A DNA stretch of 48,328 bases from Chloroflexota bacterium (GCA_024224665.1 JAAENG010000017.1:1-48328); one strand, 5' to 3'; shown: positions 38,852-48,109, counted from the first letter of the stretch. Translations and numbers: made by a program. Notes: generated by a model not told the origin, from the sequence alone.

Positions 38852-39313
38852 ATGGCCCAGCTCATGTCCATTGAGATCAACGTCGTATCCCCGTTCGAAG
38901 ATCGTGTTTCGTGCGCGCGCCTGCACAGGGCGGTTGCCGCGACATTAGAAGAAGAAGGGATGGTAGGGAACATTACCCTTATCATTTCTGACGACCCAAT
39001 GGTTACGGACCTGAATCGTCGCTTTTTGGGGAACGACGGGCCGACTGATGTTCTCAGTTTTCCGACGCAATCCGAGGCGGACCTGTTTACCAACGCCCCA
39101 GAGGAGGAACTCTATCTGGGTGATATAATAATAGCTTATCCTTTCAGTGCCGCTCAAGCGGTACGACATAACCAACCTATTGACGACGAACTTGACCTTC
39201 TGGCAGTGCACGGTACACTGCACCTGCTGGGGTATGACCACGCTGAACTTGCCGAGAAAGGAGTGATGTGGGCACGGCAAGAGGCCATTATTGGCGTACT
39301 ACGCAGCGGATAA
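38852..39313 (+). CDS. ybeY: rRNA maturation RNase YbeY
   Basis: LN..F....PTDVLSF, LGDI, HGTLHLLGYDH. Confidence 0.96.
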   Translation: MAQLMSIEINVVSPFEDRVSCARLHRAVAATLEEEGMVGNITLIISDDPMVTDLNRRFLGNDGPTDVLSFPTQSEADLFTNAPEEELYLGDIIIAYPFSAAQAVRHNQPIDDELDLLAVHGTLHLLGYDHAELAEKGVMWARQEAIIGVLRSG

Positions 39314-39705
39314 TGCGAGAGACCTCAGACACTCCACAAAAACTGACAGATCTCCCCAAGGCGTTTTTTCACGCGGGTGAGGGGTTGCTGCACGTGGTTA
39401 AGAGCCAGCGTAATGCCCGCATACATGGGGTGCTCACAGGGGTGGCGTTAACACTCGCTCTATGGTTAGGCTTGAGCGCAATCCAATGGGCGATCTTGAT
39501 GCTGACCATTGGCTTTGTCTTCGCCACAGAAGCGATCAACACAGCCATCGAGGCAACGATCGATCTGGTTTCCCCCGATACCCACCCCTTGGCCAAAATA
39601 GCTAAAGATGCCGCGGCCGGCGCTGTTTTGGTAGCGGCGTTCAGTGCTGTGGCAGTTGCAGTTGTCCTAGTCATCCACAGACTGGCCAACTTGTTGGGTA
39701 TGTGA
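39313..39705 (+). CDS. dgkA: Diacylglycerol/undecaprenol kinase (DgkA family)
   Basis: NARIH, EAINTAIE..ID, KIAKDAAAGAVL; ATG overlaps the ybeY TAA. Confidence 0.93.
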   Translation: MRETSDTPQKLTDLPKAFFHAGEGLLHVVKSQRNARIHGVLTGVALTLALWLGLSAIQWAILMLTIGFVFATEAINTAIEATIDLVSPDTHPLAKIAKDAAAGAVLVAAFSAVAVAVVLVIHRLANLLGM

Positions 39706-39876
39706 TCTAACGAACCAACGCCTTGGACTGATACGACACAGAATGCAATCTACGCCTATCAAAAAAGGTGATTTCGGGGCCCTTCCACCTTAATCCGTGT
39801 AGTGCATCGTCAAGCCTTAAATTTCGGATCATTTCCCTTCCGAGAAACCCGTATTTTTAATGTAGTTGATGCAGTA

Positions 39877-39988
39877 GGTTCTTTCGGAATTTGCGTGGTT
39901 CCTACTAGAAAGATGTGGTTCGTCTGCACAACCAACACGCAACACACAACACGTGCTATTCTAGGGCCACACAAAATCCCATTGAACC
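39877..39988 (+). mobile_element. Family D MITE-like element
   Basis: About 27-bp imperfect TIR: left ggttctttcggaatttgcgtggttccta vs reverse-complemented right ggttcaatgggattttgtgtggcccta; internal caacacg units. Confidence 0.7.
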
Positions 39989-40017
39989 TCCGTGTACCAG
40001 TACTTGACTCATTTGAT

Positions 40018-40782
40018 ATGACCATGGATCTCAATCCGACCACCTTCGAAACCTCGAACCTCGAGCATAGCGATCCCATCGGTTATGAGACACTGCGCCG
40101 CATGGCCACCGTCGCCCGCTATAATGATTGGATCTATGAGGAATTGGCGCCCTATGCAGGGGAGCGCCTGCTGGAGGTCGGTTGCGGCATCGGCAACATG
40201 ACCGAGTATTTTGTACACAAAGAATTATTGGTGGGGTTGGATTTATTGCAAACCAGTGTTGAGCTGACACAGCAACGTCATAGGGCCAGCGTGAATGTCA
40301 AAGCCTGTCTGGGCGATATCACTGATCGTTTGCTGGTCGACCACTTACGTGAACACGATTTTGACACGATACTTTGCCTGAATGTGCTCGAGCATATCGA
40401 GGATGATCAGCAAGCGTTGGTGAATATGTATGATCTACTGACACGTGGCGGCAACTTGCTGCTGTTTGTCCCTGCCGGCCGCTACATGTATGGTACACTG
40501 GATACGGCGTTGGGGCATTACCGCCGCTACGACTGGATTGAATTGCAGGAGCGGGTGCTTGCGGCCGGGTTTCAGATCGAGAGGTTGAGCTATCTCAATC
40601 TGGCTGGAATCCCCGGCTGGTGGTTGAATAGCCGTGTGTTGAAGCGCGATATCTTACCACAACGACAACTGACCTGGTTCAACCATCTGGCGCCATTTTT
40701 CATCCGTAGCGAGCGCGCCTTACGCAGTATCTGGGATGTCCCGGCCGGACAATCGCTTCTATGCGTGGGGAATAAGGTTTAG
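40018..40782 (+). CDS. Class I SAM-dependent methyltransferase
   Basis: LLEVGCGIG, NVLEHIEDD, VPA, D...GHYRRY; start re-called at ATG 40018. Confidence 0.9.
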   Translation: MTMDLNPTTFETSNLEHSDPIGYETLRRMATVARYNDWIYEELAPYAGERLLEVGCGIGNMTEYFVHKELLVGLDLLQTSVELTQQRHRASVNVKACLGDITDRLLVDHLREHDFDTILCLNVLEHIEDDQQALVNMYDLLTRGGNLLLFVPAGRYMYGTLDTALGHYRRYDWIELQERVLAAGFQIERLSYLNLAGIPGWWLNSRVLKRDILPQRQLTWFNHLAPFFIRSERALRSIWDVPAGQSLLCVGNKV

Positions 40783-40783
40783 T

Positions 40784-40879
40784 GGTCGCGTGGTCGCGTG
40801 GTCGCGTGGTCGCGTGGTCGTTTGGTCGCGTGGTCGCGTGGTCGCGTGGTCGTTTGGTCGCGTGGTCGCGTGGTCAAGT
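40784..40879. repeat. Octamer tandem array GGTCGCGT/GGTCGTTT (12 units, 32-bp higher-order period)
   Basis: Starts 1 bp after the methyltransferase stop. Confidence 0.95.
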
Positions 40880-40933
40880 TGTGCTTTTGTCATGTAGTCG
40901 GATGGGCGATGAGCACGTCACCTTGCCACCAAG

Positions 40934-42734
40934 TGATACTGATGGCGAATTTATGTTAAGTGTCTCAGGTTCACTTTCGGCGAAAAATGATTACAATGGA
41001 GTCCAATAATAGATGGTCCCCCGTAGAGTGTTGCTGTCCCTCCAATAATAAGTGGCCGTTTAAGAAAGGGAGTTGAGTTCATGTTGTATCATTTGCAAAA
41101 TCAGTTTTCTGTTTCTCAAGAAACGGCGGAGATAGCCCATGCTTCCTTTCCCAAAGGAAATGTTTACATGACCATCCGTGATGAGCTGGGAGCTATGTAT
41201 GCGGATACGGAGTTTGCATCGTTGTTTTCTCATCGAGGACAGCGTGGTATATCACCGAGAAGTCTGGCTTTTATATCGGTTGTGCAATTTGCAGAGGGAA
41301 TGAGCGACAGACAGACGGCAGAGGCGGTGCGAAGCCGGATCGATCTGAAATATGCGTTGGGGGAAAAGTTGACCTATGCTGGATTTGACTCTTCTGTGCT
41401 GTCTGAATTTCGGGGACGTATCTTGACTGGGGAAATTGTTGAATGATCTGTTGACTCGTTTTCAGGAACGAGAGTGGGTTAAAAGTGGCGGTGTACAGCG
41501 CACTGACTCAACAGGCGTCCTGGCTGCTGTGCGCGAGATCAACCGGTTGGAACTGGTTGGTGAAACCATGCGATATGCTTTGGAAACGTTGGCAATAGCC
41601 GTGCCAGGTTGGATTCGAGCGCAAGTAACTGCTGATTGGTTTGACCGCTACGGTTCCCGTTTTGAGCAATATCGTTTGCCCGCTACGAAAAAGGAACAGG
41701 CTGGGTTGGCCAATACGATTGGCACGGACGGTTTTCATCTGCTGGCTGCCATTTATAGCCCACAAGCTCCAGACTGATTGCGGGAAATAGAACCTGTGCA
41801 GATTTTGCGACAGGTTTGGGTGCAACAATATTATGTAGACCAGGGTCTGGTCAAATGGCGGCCGGCCGGCAATTTGCCAGCAGCCGCATTGATGTTCCAG
41901 TCCCCCTATGATGTGGAAGCGCGTTACGCACAAAAGCGCGCGGAGACCTGGACGGGGTATAAAGTGCATTTGACAGAAACCTGCACACTCGACCGACCCA
42001 ATCTCATTACTCATGTCGTTACTACACCAGCCACAACGCCAGATGTGAAGGTAACGGAAGAAATTCAGCAAGCGCTGATTGGGAAAGGCTTGCCTCCTGA
42101 CGTACATGTAGTGGATGAAGGGTATACCGCTGCTGAACACCTGGTTGCTAGCGAAGAGCAACGCATCGAACTGTTGGGGCCGGTATCCCGCGACACCAGT
42201 TGGCAGGCGCGAAGCGGAGAAGGTTTTGCCGCTGACGACTTTACTATTGCTTGGGAACAACAAGAAGTTTCCCTGTCCCGGTGGTAAGGAAAGCCGGGTT
42301 TGGTCGGTCGGCCATGACACCTCCGCCAACGAATCTATTCATGTCCGCTTCGCCAAACGAGATTGCGACGTATGTGCATGCCGCATACATTGCACGACCG
42401 CCAAGCAAGGCCGTGGCCTTCGTCTCCAACCACAACAACGACTCGTTGCTTTGCAAACAGCGCGTCAATATCAACAGACACCTGAATTCAAGGAACGTTA
42501 CGACATCCGTGCCGGCGTGGAAGGGGCTATTTCTCAATGTACACGGTCGTTTGACTTGCGTCGCTCTCGCTATACTGGCTTGGCGAAAACGCACTTGCAA
42601 CATATTCTGACAGCGGCCGCTTTGAATCTGACGAGAGTGGCTTGTTGGCTGCACGGAAACCCTCGATCTCAAACTCGCACCTCGCATTTTGCTGCTCTCG
42701 CATTTACTTAACAATAAATTAACCAGCAGTATCA
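40934..42734 (+). mobile_element. IS1182-family insertion sequence (about 1.8 kb, defective)
   Basis: TIRs tgatactgatggcgaatttatgttaagt / reverse complement tgatactgctggttaatttattgttaagt. Confidence 0.88.
41081..42711 (+). pseudogene. IS1182-family transposase pseudogene
   Basis: Fragments with SDRQ..EAVR.RIDLKYAL, FDSSVLSEFR, QRTDST, SPYDVEARY, GYKVHLTETC, VDEGY, RAGVEG. Frameshifts near 41440 and 42270; in-frame TGA at 41775. Confidence 0.9.
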
Positions 42735-42822
42735 CCCCTTCACCTTGTCACGAGAAAGGCCAATTCGGGCGAGTTCAGGTATAATGTAAGGGATTCCACA
42801 CTTAGGTAGGATACCCCCTCGG

Positions 42823-44919
42823 ATGAATACACAGTTTACTTCTTCCGAAATCTATATCATAGTTGTTTACTTTGTATACGGGCTGGCGTTTTTCTCACTG
42901 GGACTGGCGCTGGTGACCACCTGTAGGAGGAGGTCAATCCCGTTCCGTTTTCTATCGGCTATCGTTCCCTTGGCGGCTTTTGGCCTGCTGCATGCCACTC
43001 ACGAGTGGATAGAGATGCTGCAGGCGATAGCGGTTGCCGGTGATGAGACGTACACTCCCACCCTGACGCTGGAAATCATCCGGGTGTCCTTGTTGGCTGC
43101 CTCCTTTCTCTGTCTGCTTGCCTTTGGTATGTACTTGGTGAGCCCCGAGCCCACGAGATGGCGCCGGCTGCTCCTGTCATTGGCTGGCATGACGTTACTG
43201 TGGCTGGCCGCAACATTTGTTACCACACTCATTCTCGATACGGAACCGCTGGAGACGATTGCAATGGCGGACGTGCTTTCCCGCTATATTCTGGCGATCC
43301 CAGCGGCAGGGGTAGGTGCATGGGCTTTGATGTGGCAGCAGCGGATATTTCGCGAACATGATATGCCGCAGTTTGGACGGTATCTGGTCTGGGCAGCGAC
43401 GGCTCTATTGCTCTATGGGGTTATTGGCCAGCTTTTTGTCAGAGAGACGGGGCTTTTTCCTTCTACGCTGCTGAATTCCGGGCAATTTATGCAGTGGTTT
43501 GGCTTTCCTGTACAATTATTTCGGGGGATTATCGCTCTCATCCTGGCCTATTTCCTGATTCGCGCTCTCGACGCATTTGAATTCGAATCCAGGCGACGTC
43601 TCGGCGAAGCGAACAAGACTATCGTCGAGACACAACAGGCCCAAATTGAATTGGAACGACGTAATCGTGTGGAGATGGAACGCCTGAACGATGAATTACG
43701 GGAAACGGCTCACGAACTGGCATTGCTCCTGGATCTAACAAACCTTTTAGTTTCACCGATATCGCTCGACGATCGTCTGCACCAATTACTTGACAAGCTG
43801 GTTCGTGAGCTGAAGTTCTGTGACAGTGCGATGATCACGCTGGCCGAGCCCACTTGGGAGAAACTAACGGTGGCGGCGTCGATGGGTTTCCGGTTTGCAG
43901 AAGACGAACAACCTTGTGCGATGTACGAGGAGGCCATCGAACTTAGCAACCAATGCGTACAAACTGCCATCGCCCTCTGCCGCCATACCGATGACCTAAT
44001 CATCGAGTTCAATCCTGAAACAGCCCTGGACGAACGAGAATGCCAGTCGCACGACAACCCCATGACAATCCTCGCTCTGCCTCTTATGGTTGAGGATCGG
44101 GTTATCGGCAGTCTTGTTTTCGGCCGGCAAAATCTAATCTTTCTGGCTGAAATGTCTTTAGCAGAGTTCAAGCTCATCCTGGGTGTTGCGCAGGGATTGG
44201 GCTTATCATTGGAGTATGCGCGCCTGGTCGATGAAGCAGAGGATCGCAAAAATGTGCTGGCCGAGTTATTGCATCAGGCTGTGGGAACACAGGAGGCAGA
44301 GCGTCAACGCATCGCCCGGGAACTGCACGATGCCACAGGCCAATCATTGACGGCTATCTCCCTGGGCTTGCGTGGCGTCGAAACTGTCCTGACGCAGGAA
44401 TCCAACGCCATAGTGAAAGAGGTTCATGATCTCGGCGGTATGAGCACACAGGCCTTAGGAGAACTCAGGCAGATTATCGCCGATCTCCGCCCCACGCATC
44501 TCGATGATCTCGGGCTCGCTCCCGCTGTGCGCTGGTATCTCAAGGACTATGAGAGTCGCCGCTCGATTCAGACGGTTTTGAGCATACACGGGGAGCAAAT
44601 GCGTTTGCCACCAGAATACGAGACGGTGTTGTTTCGTATCATGCAAGAGGCAATGACTAATGTCACCAAGCATGCCGAGGCCACAGAGGTGCTGGTCACA
44701 CTGGAGATGGCGCCATCCCAGGTAACGCTCTCTGTTAAGGACAATGGTAAAGGATTCGATATAGGTTCAGTACTAGAGCGCAAACAGACTTATGAGGGCT
44801 GGGGATTACTGGGCATGCATGAACGAGCAACGCTGTTGGGTGGGCAGGTAGCCATTCAAGCGGCAGCAGAAACCGGTACATGCGTCGAGGTAACCGTGCC
44901 TTTGCAGATGGAGAGTTGA
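42823..44919 (+). CDS. Multi-TM sensor histidine kinase (GAF-like + HisKA_3 + HATPase_c)
   Basis: About 7 TM; ERQRIARELHD H-box; QEAMTNV.KHA, DNGKGF, GLLGMHER. Confidence 0.95.
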   Translation: MNTQFTSSEIYIIVVYFVYGLAFFSLGLALVTTCRRRSIPFRFLSAIVPLAAFGLLHATHEWIEMLQAIAVAGDETYTPTLTLEIIRVSLLAASFLCLLAFGMYLVSPEPTRWRRLLLSLAGMTLLWLAATFVTTLILDTEPLETIAMADVLSRYILAIPAAGVGAWALMWQQRIFREHDMPQFGRYLVWAATALLLYGVIGQLFVRETGLFPSTLLNSGQFMQWFGFPVQLFRGIIALILAYFLIRALDAFEFESRRRLGEANKTIVETQQAQIELERRNRVEMERLNDELRETAHELALLLDLTNLLVSPISLDDRLHQLLDKLVRELKFCDSAMITLAEPTWEKLTVAASMGFRFAEDEQPCAMYEEAIELSNQCVQTAIALCRHTDDLIIEFNPETALDERECQSHDNPMTILALPLMVEDRVIGSLVFGRQNLIFLAEMSLAEFKLILGVAQGLGLSLEYARLVDEAEDRKNVLAELLHQAVGTQEAERQRIARELHDATGQSLTAISLGLRGVETVLTQESNAIVKEVHDLGGMSTQALGELRQIIADLRPTHLDDLGLAPAVRWYLKDYESRRSIQTVLSIHGEQMRLPPEYETVLFRIMQEAMTNVTKHAEATEVLVTLEMAPSQVTLSVKDNGKGFDIGSVLERKQTYEGWGLLGMHERATLLGGQVAIQAAAETGTCVEVTVPLQMES

Positions 44920-45582
44920 ATGCCGCAGAAGATAAGATTGTTACTGGTCGATGACCATGAAATCGTACGAACCGGGTTACGGATGCTCTTTCAGGCTGAA
45001 TCTGATATGGAGATCGCCGGCGAGGTTGGCAGCGGCGACGAGGCTACCGCCGCTGTAGAGAGTCTATCACCCGATGTTGTGATCATGGATGTAGCCATGC
45101 CCGGAATGAGTGGCATCGAAGCGACGCGTCGTATCAAAAAGGCCAGCCCCCAAACTGTGGTGCTGGCCCTAACGATGTACGAAGACGAACAGTATTTCTT
45201 TGAGATGTTACGGGCAGGCGCCTCTGGTTATGTCCCTAAACGTGCGGCTGCAGACGATCTTGTCTCGGCCATTCGTGTGGTTAGCCAGGGCAATGTTTTT
45301 CTATACCCACCCTTGGCCAGGCTCTTGGTAGCCGACTATCTGCAGCGAGATGACACAGGTCGCTCACGTGGCGAACAGATACTGACGCCGCGCGAGCAGG
45401 AAGTGTTAGCCTACATCGCCGAAGGGCATACCAGCCGCGAAATCGCCGAGATCCTGGTGATAAGTATCAAGACAGTGGACAGGCATCGAGAAAACATCAT
45501 GAACAAGCTCGATTTACACAATCGCGCCGCACTTGTGAAATACGCTATTGAGAAAGGGTTTATATCAATAGAACAGAGCTGA
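44920..45582 (+). CDS. NarL/LuxR-family response regulator
   Basis: VDDH, IMDVAMP, GYVPK, LTPREQEVL..IAEG...EIA, KTVDRHR. Confidence 0.96.
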   Translation: MPQKIRLLLVDDHEIVRTGLRMLFQAESDMEIAGEVGSGDEATAAVESLSPDVVIMDVAMPGMSGIEATRRIKKASPQTVVLALTMYEDEQYFFEMLRAGASGYVPKRAAADDLVSAIRVVSQGNVFLYPPLARLLVADYLQRDDTGRSRGEQILTPREQEVLAYIAEGHTSREIAEILVISIKTVDRHRENIMNKLDLHNRAALVKYAIEKGFISIEQS

Positions 45583-45712
45583 TGTCTATGTGCAATAACT
45601 CACCAAGTAGAGTTAGCTGCACCTACTCATAATTCCTCATTTGAGGAGTTTGAAAAATTTTGCAGCAAAGAGAAATAAGATTTTGTCAAAGTACTCAGAA
45701 CCAAAACAGTGC

Positions 45713-45840
45713 AGCAAACATAGCTTTCACGCAGACCGGCGAGACTGGAGCTCATTCGGTTGACGAGGATAAGGTTAGTGAAGTAGTCTTGGACGTGGAA
45801 GTACTGGTTTTTTCGCCGGCTGATGAAGCCAGCGTCAAGT
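45713..45840 (+). other. Degenerate integron attC-like site
   Basis: AGCAAAC...ctttcacgcagaccggcga-spacer-tcgccggctgatgaagc...GTCAAGT. The arms pair with two unpaired bases; the R boxes deviate from consensus. Confidence 0.5.
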
Positions 45841-45915
45841 TCTACAAAATGTTGGATGTGTTGTGGTAAACTATTCTACAAATGGCCGAAACAAAGCAAC
45901 CTTGAGGGAGTACTC

Positions 45916-46869
45916 ATGAAAGCGATTGTATGCACAAAATACGGGCCACCGGAAGTTCTTCAGCTCAAAGAGGTTGAAAAACCTACTCCCCGAAAAAATG
46001 AAGTATGTATAAAAAACTTTGCTACAGCGGTAACAGGAAGTGATGTTTTAATTCGGGGTGCTGATATGCCTATTATTATGGGGCTCATGTTTCGACTGAT
46101 GATAGGTTTTACAAAGCCGAGAAAGCCTATACTGGGACTTGTGTTTGCCGGGGAAATTGAATCAGTAGGCAAAGATGTAAAACGATTCAAGAAAGGTGAC
46201 CAGGTTTATGGATTTACGGGCTTTAGCTTTGGGACTTATGCCGAATACATATGTATACCAGAAGAAGAGTCGAAGCGAGGGTGTTTGGCAATGAAGCCAT
46301 CCAACATGAGCTATGAAGAATCTGCTGCGGCTGCTTATGGGGGTGTTTTAGCTCCGTATTTTCTAGAAAAAGGCAATATCCAAAAAGGACAAAAGGTTCT
46401 TATTTATGGTGCTTCGGGAGCAATCGGAACTACTTCAGTGCAGCTAGTTAAGAACCTTGGTGCGGAAGTTACAGGTATATGTAGTACGAAGAATATAGAA
46501 TTGGTGAAATCACTGGGAGCTGATGAAATCATAGATTATACAAAAGAGGATTTTGCAAGTAGAGGAGAACAGTATGATTTTATCTTAGATGCAGTTCCTA
46601 ATGGCAAGATCGATAGGAAAAAACTAAAAGCACAGTGCAAGAAAGCTCTCTCTCCGAATGGAATTTATACATCTATTGATGATGGCAGTCCAAAGTTAAA
46701 GGCTGAATATCTTGTTCATCTCAATGAATTAATTGAAGCGGAACGTTTTAAGGCTGTCATAGATAAGACCTATCCGTTGGAAGAAATTGTAGAGGCTCAT
46801 CGGTATGTTGATAGCGGTCATAAAAAGGGAAATGTGGTGATAACTTTGGAACAAAAAAAAGAAACCTAA
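45916..46869 (+). CDS. NAD(P)-dependent MDR-superfamily oxidoreductase (alcohol dehydrogenase/quinone reductase-like)
   Basis: MKAIVCTKYGPPEVL, FAGEIE.VG, GTYAEY, VLIYGASGAIG, IDYT, AHRYV..GHKKGNVV; SD GAGGGAG; AT-rich. Confidence 0.92.
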   Translation: MKAIVCTKYGPPEVLQLKEVEKPTPRKNEVCIKNFATAVTGSDVLIRGADMPIIMGLMFRLMIGFTKPRKPILGLVFAGEIESVGKDVKRFKKGDQVYGFTGFSFGTYAEYICIPEEESKRGCLAMKPSNMSYEESAAAAYGGVLAPYFLEKGNIQKGQKVLIYGASGAIGTTSVQLVKNLGAEVTGICSTKNIELVKSLGADEIIDYTKEDFASRGEQYDFILDAVPNGKIDRKKLKAQCKKALSPNGIYTSIDDGSPKLKAEYLVHLNELIEAERFKAVIDKTYPLEEIVEAHRYVDSGHKKGNVVITLEQKKET

Positions 46870-47072
46870 CAATGCCAATTCAGGCGAATTGGAAAGCAAG
46901 ATTTTATTGTATCTGCTTGGTCCTGTGAAGGTATCAGGGCTACAACATTCCCACTATTGCCGATAATATTCTCATGAGCCACTCCTTCTTTGGTGGAGTA
47001 TAGAGTTATTATCTCATAAGAACCCCTTTTATCAAGTCATATAGCAACTTCTACGGTACTGCGAAATCAGAG

Positions 47073-48068
47073 ATGAGAAAAAAACGTAAAAAACGAAAAG
47101 GCAAAAAGAAGATAACGAAAAGTACAATCCGTTCAGTAAGAAGTATGTTCAATTCCCCTTTAGGAGCGATTCCAGCATTCACCCCTCCTGAACTTTCTGG
47201 AAGTGCTCCAGATGGATTTCGTTCCATTTCGATCTCTCAAGCCCTGATGGAGTATGCCAAACCCATTATGGAACGATTAGAGTCAGAGGAAATATCTGAT
47301 TTGAATGAGGTTTTGCAACTGGCGACGCCATTATGGAATTATTCTCTAGGGATAGCGCCTGAGGAGAAAAAAGAGGAACAGAGGACTGTATTGATTGACT
47401 CCTTTCAAGAAGTTCTAAAGATGGATCAACAACAAGCAGAAGACTTTCTATCTGAGATGTTAAAGAGAAAAGAGTACTTATTTCCTCCTGAAATTCAACC
47501 AGCTTTTCCTCCCACGACTTTATTTATCAGAAAGGAAGTATCTCACCGGATTGTTCCATTCAATTTTGACGAGCTTCAACTTTCGGAGCAACCTATTCCT
47601 CCTGACACGGAAGACCAAAAGATGATTCAAACGGTTCGACAGATGGATCGTTACCTTTTAGAAAGTGCAGACTATGATGAATGGGAAGACCACTATTTTC
47701 AAATGGAAGAGGAATGTGCTTCCAGGTTTCGGACTTGGTTGTTTGCCAAAGGATTAACTGAGGAACATCCTGATTTTGCTTATTGTGTCGAGAGATTTTT
47801 AAACTTTGTCTATCTTTATGGTCATGGCGGTGCTGTTATTTTGGCCAATGTATCACCTCTTGAAATCGAAGAATTTTTTAGATATCACCTATTAAGAAAG
47901 GTCATGGTAGAACAACCTCACGAATATACATGGTGGATACCAGCGTTGAAACTTTTCTATACCTTTCTTTATGAAAAAGACTATCTTTCAGAAGAGTCCC
48001 CTTTAATCGAGCATCTTGATGAAGTCGAGCCTCACTTTATAGAACAGCTAAGAGAGAACTTTAGCTGA
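47073..48068 (+). CDS. Hypothetical protein (basic N-terminus, acidic helical body)
   Basis: 331-aa AT-rich ORF with no competing frame in the track. Confidence 0.8.
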   Translation: MRKKRKKRKGKKKITKSTIRSVRSMFNSPLGAIPAFTPPELSGSAPDGFRSISISQALMEYAKPIMERLESEEISDLNEVLQLATPLWNYSLGIAPEEKKEEQRTVLIDSFQEVLKMDQQQAEDFLSEMLKRKEYLFPPEIQPAFPPTTLFIRKEVSHRIVPFNFDELQLSEQPIPPDTEDQKMIQTVRQMDRYLLESADYDEWEDHYFQMEEECASRFRTWLFAKGLTEEHPDFAYCVERFLNFVYLYGHGGAVILANVSPLEIEEFFRYHLLRKVMVEQPHEYTWWIPALKLFYTFLYEKDYLSEESPLIEHLDEVEPHFIEQLRENFS

Positions 48069-48109
48069 TGCATAACCCCCTTTTATGAAAATTGATATCT
48101 TCTCAATAA

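Noticed and set aside
40782-41009. 75-aa ORF VVAWSRGR
   Set aside because: Repeat-derived and runs into the IS end.
41775-41777. In-frame TGA as possible selenocysteine or recoding
   Set aside because: It lies in a transposase with two further frameshifts and is best explained as TGG->TGA. Other genes here use TGA as a normal stop.
45660-45869. 69-aa ORF
   Set aside because: Spans the attC-like palindrome, has a TTG start and no recognisable motif.
47016-48086. cataa..ccccttttat similarity on both sides of the 331-aa orphan as att/TSD repeats
   Set aside because: Short, gapped and low-complexity in AT-rich DNA; not distinguishable from chance.
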